DNA from: an uncultured archaeon
Lineage (GTDB): Archaea; Asgardarchaeota; Jordiarchaeia; Jordiarchaeales; Jordiarchaeaceae
NCBI GenBank assembly: GCA_964510585.1
Contig: CAZECW010000036.1
Coordinates: 1-7,444, forward strand
Direction of reading: 5' to 3'
Length of the DNA stretch: 7,444 bases
Shown: positions 1-7,444 of the stretch, one piece after another
Layout of the letters: each line of letters starts with the position of its first letter
How positions within the stretch are numbered: position 1 is the first letter of the stretch
Translations under genes and position numbers: made by a program
The notes under the pieces: model-generated
Database searches by the model: none
The model's input: the letters and a program-made list of their open reading frames with translations, nothing else
What the model was told of the DNA's origin: nothing

Positions 1-300
1 GGGTGGCGCGGTTACCCTCCTTAAATTGAAGTGTCAATGGGGGTCGCCTAAATCGGCGCCCGAAAATCCCCACGGAGGGTTTTTCCGACCACTATCCTCT
101 AAATGGGAAACCCCTAAAATAAACATAGTCAAGTGTCAACAAGAAGTGATTCACTGTACAAATATACCGCGCATTTGAAATTTTAATAGACATTCACGAA
201 TTATAAGGGAATTGTAAAGACGCTTACGTAGCCGTAGAGGGAAATATTTTTCAATAACCACTTATTTCAAGGGCACGGAAAAGTGTAGGAAACATTTCTG

Positions 301-307
301 GGAGGTG
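301..307 (+). promoter_or_regulatory. Shine-Dalgarno site of wrbA
   Basis: GGAGGTG at 301-307, 5 nt before ATG 313; matches the archaeal anti-SD complement. Confidence 0.85.
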
Positions 308-312
308 GAAAA

Positions 313-945
313 ATGGAACCCTGGAAGACCAAAGTTCTGGTAGTGTTTTACAGCATGTATGGCAACACCGCTAAACTGGCAAGGGCTGTAGCTGAGGGAG
401 CCCAACAGGTAAAAGATGTGGAAGTTTCCCTAAGACAGGTAGAGGAACTCATCCCCAAAGAAATCATAGAAACAAACGAGAGAATGAAGAAAGTTAAGGA
501 GGAGCTGGCAGATATTCCCCTAGTTACAGATAAGGATTTAGTGGAAGCAGATGGAATAGTATTCGGTTCACCCACACGCTACGGAAACATGGCTGCCCAG
601 ATGAAAAATTTCATTGATAAAACCGGCGCTCTCTGGGCACAAGGAAAACTGGTAAATAAAGTTGCGGGTGTTTTCACCAGCACCAGCACACTCCATGGGG
701 GGCAAGAAACCACACTAATAACAATGATGATACCTCTCCTCCACCATGGTATGATAATAGTAGGTATTCCATACGCCATAGAGCCAAGGCTATTTTCCAC
801 AGAAGTGGGTGGAGGCAGCCCATACGGTGCGTCTTCCATATCTGGGCCCAACTCAGACAGAGAACCAACAAAGAACGATTTAGAAATTGCAAAAACCTTG
901 GGAAGGAGGGTAGCAGAAATAGCTAAGAAAATGACTCAAAAATAG
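313..945 (+). CDS. wrbA: NAD(P)H:quinone oxidoreductase, type IV (WrbA flavoprotein), 210 aa
   Basis: Flavodoxin FMN-phosphate loop YSMYGNT, FGSPTRYGNM, STSTLHGGQETT and GGSPYGA are WrbA-family signatures; strong SD. Confidence 0.95.
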   Translation: MEPWKTKVLVVFYSMYGNTAKLARAVAEGAQQVKDVEVSLRQVEELIPKEIIETNERMKKVKEELADIPLVTDKDLVEADGIVFGSPTRYGNMAAQMKNFIDKTGALWAQGKLVNKVAGVFTSTSTLHGGQETTLITMMIPLLHHGMIIVGIPYAIEPRLFSTEVGGGSPYGASSISGPNSDREPTKNDLEIAKTLGRRVAEIAKKMTQK

Positions 946-972
946 GTACAACTAATTGATTGCCAGAATTTG

Positions 973-1003
973 AAAAAAATTAGGAGTAAAAAAAACCTTT
1001 TTT
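973..1003. terminator. Probable bidirectional oligo-T terminator between convergent wrbA and the fusion gene
   Basis: T6 at 998-1003 on +; A runs at 973-979 and 988-995 read as T7/T8 on -; lies in the 65-bp gap between convergent stops. Confidence 0.5.
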
Positions 1004-1010
1004 AGTAGTT

Positions 1011-3011
1011 TTAGGTAACTTGCACCAAGCTTTCCTGTGGTTTGCCGTTTGCCTGTTCCTCTTTTTTACCATTTTTTCCGTTTAGGGGTTGTAGTCCCAG
1101 TCTTTGTTCAGCAGCTTGTAGGATAGCTCCCAGCATTTCGGAGTAGGACATTCCAGCGATTTTTGCCATTTTTGCAAGGTGGCCGTCCCAACACCATCCA
1201 GGGTTGGGGTTTACCTCGAGAAGTTTTGGGTTGCCGTTAGAGTCAAGCCTCCAGTCGAAGCGACAGTAGTCTCTGCATTCCAGTCTCTGGAAAAGTGTGA
1301 TGCACCATTTTATGATTTTACTTTTTACGTCTTCTGGTAGATCTGCGGGTATAGATTTTATGTTCCAGTAGGGAGAATCTGGTAGCCACTTGGCTTCGTA
1401 TCCACAAATTTTAGGGAGCCCCTCAGGCAGCGAAGAGTAGTCCTCCTCGGTGATGGGAAGCACTGTGTAAGATTCTGGGGGGTTACCAATTATGCCTACA
1501 CTAAGATCTTTACCGGGTAGAAATTCTTCGACTAGGATGGGCCTGTTGTATCCAAATTTTTCACGTATCTCGGAAATTGCATTGATGAGTTCTTCGGGGT
1601 TGTTTACAACACATCTCTGTGTGATGCCGAAGCTTGAGTCACCAAAGTTTGGCTTCACCAGAGCTGGGAAGACGAAGGTCAAGTCGAATATGGAGTCCTC
1701 GGGTTTAACGAAGACTGCTTTGGGAACTGGGATTCCCATCTCATTAGCTATACCTCGCACAAGGGACTTGTCGTAACAATGCGCAAGACACTGGGGTCCG
1801 GAGCCGGTGTAGGGTATGCCTAGCTCCTCTAACAGAGCGGGAATATGTAACTCTTTTCTTGGGTCGTTAAAGAACCCCTCATCGCACAGGTTGAAGACGT
1901 AGTCTATCTTGCCCCTAAGTTTCATTAGATCTTGGATGAGGGTGTCGTGGTTATGCAAGTATGTGAAGTTGTAACCTTTTAGTTCTCTGAGAGCGTCCTT
2001 CATTTGGTCTATCGTGTAGAAGTCGTCGTCGTCAAATCTTGCTCCCGGTTTGAGGCGGTCTGGCTTTGAAGGGTCACCTGTTATTACTACTACTTCTCTC
2101 AGCTCCTCTTTGGGCCTTTTCTTAATGGGTGTCCACTCTTTTCTGACAACACCAGTAACTATGATACGTCTCTCCATCATACCTAGATCTTGGTTACGCT
2201 GAGAGGAGGAAGCAATTTCAGTGTGTATTGTGACATCACTTAATCCCGCCTGTTGTAGGATGTTGGTTATGCTTTCTCTAGTATATAGTCTTTCGGCGTA
2301 GAATTGGTCAGCTATCGTGCCTTTTTCTACGTTGTTGATTATTTCGCGGGTTATGAGACGTTGGCCGTCGGCGGAAATGGAGCGTTCCCTGCATACGAAG
2401 TGTTTTTTGTCTATCCACTCCCATGAGCGGGGCTGATAGTGTTTCTTCAAGTATTCTCCGTCAGCGACATCTATGAGTAGTTTGCCCCAGGGTTTAAGTA
2501 CTCTGAAGGCCTCTTTGAGTACTCTAATGTCGTCCTGAACTGTTTCAAAATAGCCGAAACTGTTTCCTAGAATCATAACCACATCGAAGGTATCTGGTGC
2601 ATACGGCAGTTTTCGAGCATCGCCTTCCCTGAATCGAACGTTCAAGCCTTCCTTTTTAGCTTGCGTCTTCGCCTTTTGAATTAGGTAGTGGGAGCGGTCC
2701 AACCCTTCAACATTCTTGAAACCTCTTCTCGCCAGTTCTAGAGAGTGGCGCCCTTGTCCACAGCAACAGTCCAGAATTTTATCGTCTGGTTGAAGATTCA
2801 GAATTGAAGAGAAGAGATCCACCTCTTCTCGGGTGATTTTCTGGTCGTCTACTACATCCCCATCAGTTTTTAAATAGAGGGAGTTAAAAATACGACGCCA
2901 CCAATCGGGAGGAACATACTGCTCCAGATCATCGAGAGGCCCTAGAACTTTTAGTTGAGACTTACCATTTTTCCCCCGCGAGGGGGGTTTATCCCCTGCC
3001 TTTTCAGTCAT
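1011..3011 (-). CDS. Fusion protein: N-terminal class I SAM-dependent methyltransferase plus C-terminal D-Ala-D-Ala-ligase-like ATP-grasp domain, 666 aa
   Basis: Methyltransferase motif I ILDCCCGQGRHS, GLDRS, FREGDAR, LGNSFGYF, VLKPWGKLLID. ATP-grasp motifs HIPALLEELGIPYTGS, DK, LVKPNFGDSSFGI, LVEEFLPG, CRFDWRLD, LEVNPNPG. SD-like GAGGCG on - upstream of ATG 3011. Confidence 0.9.
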   Translation of the reverse strand: MTEKAGDKPPSRGKNGKSQLKVLGPLDDLEQYVPPDWWRRIFNSLYLKTDGDVVDDQKITREEVDLFSSILNLQPDDKILDCCCGQGRHSLELARRGFKNVEGLDRSHYLIQKAKTQAKKEGLNVRFREGDARKLPYAPDTFDVVMILGNSFGYFETVQDDIRVLKEAFRVLKPWGKLLIDVADGEYLKKHYQPRSWEWIDKKHFVCRERSISADGQRLITREIINNVEKGTIADQFYAERLYTRESITNILQQAGLSDVTIHTEIASSSQRNQDLGMMERRIIVTGVVRKEWTPIKKRPKEELREVVVITGDPSKPDRLKPGARFDDDDFYTIDQMKDALRELKGYNFTYLHNHDTLIQDLMKLRGKIDYVFNLCDEGFFNDPRKELHIPALLEELGIPYTGSGPQCLAHCYDKSLVRGIANEMGIPVPKAVFVKPEDSIFDLTFVFPALVKPNFGDSSFGITQRCVVNNPEELINAISEIREKFGYNRPILVEEFLPGKDLSVGIIGNPPESYTVLPITEEDYSSLPEGLPKICGYEAKWLPDSPYWNIKSIPADLPEDVKSKIIKWCITLFQRLECRDYCRFDWRLDSNGNPKLLEVNPNPGWCWDGHLAKMAKIAGMSYSEMLGAILQAAEQRLGLQPLNGKNGKKEEQANGKPQESLVQVT

Positions 3012-3130
3012 GATGTTTTTACGCCTCTATTATGAGTGGCCTACACCTATTATTGTTTCTTAATTCACCTTTTTTGATTCTAAATTACACTTGTATTTTT
3101 TATACTTACGTTTTTATGATAACGTTTTAG

Positions 3131-3138
3131 TATATAAA
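3131..3138 (-). promoter_or_regulatory. Candidate TATA box (TTTATATA on -, TATATAAA on +) in the divergent intergenic region
   Basis: Matches archaeal TTTAWATA consensus on -, about 120 nt upstream of ATG 3011; also reads as a TATA box on +; centred in an inverted repeat. Confidence 0.5.
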
Positions 3139-3302
3139 AATTATCATTCATATCACCCTCATAATTTTGTTAAAACATGCCGCTTTCCGCTTTTTTGCCA
3201 AAAAAATCTATTTTAAAACTCCCTTTTGAAGGCTCAAAATTAAAAATGAAGCCCTAATATAGCCCCTTCCCCAAGAGCCAAAATAAAGGGAAAAAAAGGC
3301 GT

Positions 3303-3466
3303 GTACACATGTTACTCTGAATCGACGCCGTCAATATGGAACACGTGTACCATCGCCCAGAAGGCTTGCTAACTGTCTAGTTTTCCAGCTGAAAATAGGT
3401 AGCAAGACCTCACGCTGGGAAACTGGTGGCTACGAAGAGCAGAAGCAAACTCGGCTTCACATCTGC
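3303..3466. ncRNA. Candidate structured RNA of unknown family (three adjacent hairpins)
   Basis: Stems seen by eye: 3303-3313/3340-3350; ~80-nt irregular hairpin 3350-3429; 3439-3466. GC-richer than flanks. No family recognised; strand ambiguous. Confidence 0.3.
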
Positions 3467-3704
3467 AAAAGGAGGACTGAGGAGGCTTAGGCAGGTTTAC
3501 AAGACCGTATAGCGAGGTTGACTTAATATGTGGGTGGTTGTGATTGCAAAATTTGGGTCACTAAAAGCCTTTCAGAGTAAGGTGGCTGGAATTTTGGTCA
3601 GCGGGTTTATTTTTTGTGTGCAGGAATATCCAATGGTAGAAACATTTTTTTATTTTCACATGCTTCTATTCAATCATAACTGGGGATGAATGCAGATTCA
3701 CACA

Positions 3705-3710
3705 AGGAGG
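3705..3710 (+). promoter_or_regulatory. Shine-Dalgarno site of the Cys-rich microprotein
   Basis: AGGAGG at 3705-3710, 9 nt before TTG 3720 and 3 nt before GTG 3714. Confidence 0.7.
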
Positions 3711-3719
3711 AATGTGTTT

Positions 3720-3851
3720 TTGTGGGAAGAATTGCCTATTTGTGAAAATTGTGGCAAGTTTATAGACGACTGTGATTGTAAATGCCCCTACTGTGGCGAA
3801 GCTGCGGATTGCCACTGCTGTGTGGGAAGAGAAGCTACAACTGGCGGATGA
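3720..3851 (+). CDS. Small Cys-rich CPxCG-type metal-binding protein, 43 aa, C-terminal Gly-Gly (not in ORF track)
   Basis: Manual translation: MWEELPICENCGKFIDDCDCKCPYCGEAADCHCCVGREATTGG*. Nine Cys, two CxxCG knuckles, strong SD. Alternative in-frame starts GTG 3714 and ATG 3690; stop TGA 3849-3851. Confidence 0.85.
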   Translation: MWEELPICENCGKFIDDCDCKCPYCGEAADCHCCVGREATTGG

Positions 3852-3896
3852 TACCCCAAAACCAAATCAAATAGAATTCTTTGGTGATGACACGAA

Positions 3897-5834
3897 TTGT
3901 TGAGAGAAGATTTTGTATGGATGGCTGGCGGGCCTCAGGGCAGTGGTGTTGATTCGGGCACTAACATATTTGCCCGTGCTTGTTGCTATGGAGGGCTTCA
4001 CGTATACGGAAAAAGAGAGTACCACTCCAACATTAAAGGGCTACACAGCTATTTCCAAGTCAGAGTTTCGCCTAAAGAAATTCAGGCTGATGTGGATCGT
4101 GTTGATTTGCTTGCTGCATTCGACGCAGAAACCGTAGTGAGACATATATGGGAAGTTTCCCCAGGCGGGGGAATAATTGTCGATGCGGAAACACTAGAAA
4201 CCAAAATTGACGAAATCAAAACTTTAACCTCGAATTTCAAAGCCGATTTTCAAAAAACTCTGGAAAACAGGGGAGTTAAGGCAGAGACCCTAGACGACCT
4301 GCTAAAAGCAGCAAAAAAGGAAAATAACATTAAAGTTTATGCTATACCCTACACCGATGTTCTAAGAGAGGTTGCAGAGGAGATTCACGAGGAGAAACTA
4401 AGCCGATTGACACGAATGATAAACGTATTAACCCTTGGGGTTTCCCTAGCCCTAGTCAACTATGATAGGGAGCCAGTTGAAAGAGCCATCAAAACCATTT
4501 TCGGCGAAAAAAACAAAATTGTTCAAATGAACATTGTAGCCTTTGACAAATCTTACCAGTATGCGAGGAGAACCTTTGGGGACGATTTCGGCTACAAACT
4601 AAAAACAATCCCCACAGAGGAAAAGAGAATATTCCTGCAGGGAACACAAGCCGTAGCCCTAGGAAAACTAGTCGGAGGCTGCAGATTCCAGTCCTATTAC
4701 CCAATAACCCCCGCAGCCGACGAAAGCGAATACCTAGAAGAAAACGAAATACTAGAGATAATAGGAGACAAGAACCCTGGCTCCATACTTGTAATGCAGA
4801 CAGAGGATGAAATAGCAGCCATCAACATGGCCATCGGCGCGGCTTTAACTGGTGTTAGAGCCGCGACAAGCACCTCTGGACCCGGGTTCTCATTAATGGT
4901 GGAAGGCTTGGGGTGGGCGGGAAACAATGAGGTGCCAGTAGTAGTAAACTATTATCAGCGTGGTGCACCATCCACAGGTCTGCCCACCCGTCATGGGCAA
5001 GCGGATCTGAGATTTGCGATGCACGCTTCTCATGGGGAGTTTCCCAGAATAGTTTTGTGTTCTGGCGACATACAAGAGTGCTTCTATGATGCGGTTAGAG
5101 CCTTCAATTATGCTGAGCGTTACCAGATGCCTGTTATCCACCTAATAGATAAGGCCTTAGCTAACAGCAGTAAATCTTACAAAATGTTTGACCTCAACCA
5201 GATTAGGATAGAACGCGGCCAACTGCTAAGCGATAAGGATGTTGAGGGCGAGGAGTATTTGAGATTTAGATTCACGGAGTCCGGATTGTCCCCTAGAGCG
5301 CCTCTGGGGACGCCCAACATTGTTTTCTGGAATTCGGGGGATGAGCACGACCAGCTTGGCCACATAAATGAAGAGTCTACCAATAGAACCTTGATGCTGG
5401 AAAAAAGGATGAAGAAACTGGACTTGGCAGATAGGGAGATACCGGTGGAGGAAAGGGTTAACTTTTTTGGAGATGAGGAGGCTCCTCACACTATTGTGAG
5501 TTGGGGCTCACCTAAGGGTGCAGTAATTGAAGCTCTGGAGAGAATTTTGGGAGAAGGTTACGAAATGAACTTCATACAGGTGCGTATGCCTCTGCCTCTA
5601 CCCAAAGATTACTTAGCTGAGAAACTGGGAAAGGCTGAGAAGAAAATTGTTGTTGAAGGTAACTATATGGCACAGTTAGCGGGAGTAATTCGGGAGCAAA
5701 CCGGCATAGACATGGACTATTTCGTACTAAAGTGGAATGGCCGACCAATATCCTCAGACGAGGTTTATGATGCGCTTAAATTGATTATGGAGGAAAAGGC
5801 TCCAAGGAGGCAGGTGTTGAACCGTGGTTCTTAA
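3897..5834 (+). CDS. korA: 2-oxoacid:ferredoxin oxidoreductase subunit alpha (fused gamma-alpha), 645 aa
   Basis: N-terminal gamma domain GGPQGSGVD...SNIKG; [38 protein letters not shown] motifs; SD GGTGAT at 3883-3888 before TTG 3897. Substrate specificity not determinable from sequence. Confidence 0.95.
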   Translation: MLREDFVWMAGGPQGSGVDSGTNIFARACCYGGLHVYGKREYHSNIKGLHSYFQVRVSPKEIQADVDRVDLLAAFDAETVVRHIWEVSPGGGIIVDAETLETKIDEIKTLTSNFKADFQKTLENRGVKAETLDDLLKAAKKENNIKVYAIPYTDVLREVAEEIHEEKLSRLTRMINVLTLGVSLALVNYDREPVERAIKTIFGEKNKIVQMNIVAFDKSYQYARRTFGDDFGYKLKTIPTEEKRIFLQGTQAVALGKLVGGCRFQSYYPITPAADESEYLEENEILEIIGDKNPGSILVMQTEDEIAAINMAIGAALTGVRAATSTSGPGFSLMVEGLGWAGNNEVPVVVNYYQRGAPSTGLPTRHGQADLRFAMHASHGEFPRIVLCSGDIQECFYDAVRAFNYAERYQMPVIHLIDKALANSSKSYKMFDLNQIRIERGQLLSDKDVEGEEYLRFRFTESGLSPRAPLGTPNIVFWNSGDEHDQLGHINEESTNRTLMLEKRMKKLDLADREIPVEERVNFFGDEEAPHTIVSWGSPKGAVIEALERILGEGYEMNFIQVRMPLPLPKDYLAEKLGKAEKKIVVEGNYMAQLAGVIREQTGIDMDYFVLKWNGRPISSDEVYDALKLIMEEKAPRRQVLNRGS

Positions 5835-6792
5835 AGCAGCAGATTATAAAAGCACATACTTTGCAGATTGGTGTCCGGGATGCGGAAACTTTGGAATACT
5901 TTCAGCCATGCAAATGGCGCTTGCAGAACTACAATTACCACGCCACAAGACAGCCATATTCACAGGAATAGGGTGCAGCGGTAAAATGGCCCAGTGCCTC
6001 AACATCAACGGAATCCATGTACTACACGGCAGAGCACTGCCCTACGCCATTGGAGCAAAATTAGCTAACCCTGAACTGGAAGTGATAGCAGAGGGTGGAG
6101 ACGGAGACGGCCTCGGAATAGGGGTAGGCCACTTTGTGAGCGCCGGAAGAAGAAACATAGACATAACATACATTATCCATGACAATGGAGTCTACGGACT
6201 AACTAAGGGACAGGCGTCTCCCACCCTTGAACTGGGACTGCAAACCAAATCTTTGCCCAAACCCAACATAAACGCAGCCATTAACGCAATCGCCATAGCT
6301 CTGGCAGCGGGTTACACATTTATCGCCCGGGGATACGCCTACGATGTCCGCCACCTAAAAGAAATGATAAAGAGAGGAATTCAACACAGAGGACTAGCCC
6401 TAATAATTGTTCAACAACCATGCCCAACATACAATAACATCAACACAAAGGAGTGGTACGGAGGAGAAGACCGCATAGACCCCAAAACCGGAAAGCCAAC
6501 TCCCAGACTGTACAAGCTTGAAGAAACTGGCTACGATGGAGTAGTCCACAGCCCAGACGAGACCTTCGAAAAGCAAATGGCTGCTCTAACCAAGGCTCGA
6601 GAGTGGGGCGACAAAATACCCATAGGTGTATTCTACCAGAACGAGTTTGAACCCACCTACCAAGACAGGATAGTCAAAAGAATACCAAACTACTTACAAA
6701 ATCCACCAGCCAAACAACCAATAAGCGACTTACAAGGCAGAGCAACCACAAACATCACAGCCTTGCTAGAGAAACTCAAGGTCACAGGTTAA
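5824..6792 (+). CDS. korB: 2-oxoacid:ferredoxin oxidoreductase subunit beta (TPP-binding), 322 aa
   Basis: [19 protein letters not shown]/Mg motif GGDGDG...[17 protein letters not shown]; GTG start overlaps korA end by 11 nt (translational coupling). Confidence 0.95.
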   Translation: MVLKAADYKSTYFADWCPGCGNFGILSAMQMALAELQLPRHKTAIFTGIGCSGKMAQCLNINGIHVLHGRALPYAIGAKLANPELEVIAEGGDGDGLGIGVGHFVSAGRRNIDITYIIHDNGVYGLTKGQASPTLELGLQTKSLPKPNINAAINAIAIALAAGYTFIARGYAYDVRHLKEMIKRGIQHRGLALIIVQQPCPTYNNINTKEWYGGEDRIDPKTGKPTPRLYKLEETGYDGVVHSPDETFEKQMAALTKAREWGDKIPIGVFYQNEFEPTYQDRIVKRIPNYLQNPPAKQPISDLQGRATTNITALLEKLKVTG

Positions 6793-6938
6793 AACCCAAG
6801 AAAAAGGACAAAAATTCCAAAAAAGATGGAATAGAAACTTTTAGACTCCCCAAGTGTAACAGTATAGATTAGTTGCCAGCCAATCTAGACAAAAGCCCAA
6901 AAAATATCTCACTTTTTCTCCTCGTTACCCTTTAATTT

Positions 6939-6956
6939 CCCCCCCCCAAAAAAAAA
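6939..6956 (-). terminator. Oligo-T terminator of the ferredoxin gene (T9 then G9 on -)
   Basis: C9 at 6939-6947 and A9 at 6948-6956 on +; T9 begins 18 nt after the ferredoxin stop on -. Confidence 0.55.
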
Positions 6957-6974
6957 CTTGCTCCTCTTTTTGAG

Positions 6975-7444
<470 letters not shown>

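Noticed and set aside
3340-3360. Fluoride riboswitch suggested by GGCGATGGT on -
   Set aside because: Lacks the following GTTCGCC pairing strand and the 3' TGA-x-xCCTAC element.
3325-3411. yybP-ykoY (Mn) riboswitch suggested by CGTCAATA and GCAAGACCT
   Set aside because: The required 5' GGGGAGTA strand is absent and AGCAAG is fully paired in another stem.
3285-3425. Cobalamin or TPP riboswitch fragments (AGGGAA, AACTGT, AGACC, CTGGGAA, CCAGCGT)
   Set aside because: Motifs are out of order or on mixed strands; core elements (B12 box AGACCTGCC, TPP CTGAGA) are missing.
3287-3489. Stop-free + frame of about 67 codons across the structured island
   Set aside because: No ATG/GTG/TTG start in frame and no recognisable similarity.
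3480-3521. IscB/HEARO omegaRNA start suggested by GTCAAC...CTTGTAAA...GCCTAAG on -
   Set aside because: No hairpin after GTCAAC, no complementary GTTGAC downstream and no iscB ORF.
3705-3713. AGGAGGAAT as a target of the predicted omegaRNA guide
   Set aside because: Matches only guide positions 7-15, which is shared SD sequence; the TAM-proximal seed positions 1-6 mismatch.
3883-3890. C/D-box sRNA box C (GTGATGA)
   Set aside because: Serves as the korA SD; no room for a D box or guide in the 45-nt gap.

Overview
Archaeal chromosomal window (GGAGG/GGTGA Shine-Dalgarno sites, TATA-like boxes, oligo-T terminators; a Bathyarchaeia/Thermoproteota-like host is my inference). In order: wrbA flavoprotein (+); a convergent 666-aa fusion of a class I SAM methyltransferase with a D-Ala-D-Ala-ligase-like ATP-grasp domain (-); an ~880-bp divergent intergenic region holding a TATA-straddling palindrome, a hairpin-rich GC island (candidate ncRNA) and a 43-aa, 9-Cys microprotein ending in Gly-Gly that the ORF track misses; a Sulfolobus-type two-subunit 2-oxoacid:ferredoxin oxidoreductase (korAB, +); a convergent zinc-containing 7Fe ferredoxin (-, likely TTG start at 7289); and the right end (omegaRNA/reRNA scaffold) of an IS200/IS605-family element that ends 6 nt before the ferredoxin SD. 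Most interesting: the Cys-rich diGly microprotein heading korAB, the predicted TnpB guide covering the ferredoxin ribosome-binding site, the methyltransferase-ATP-grasp fusion, and the structured intergenic island.
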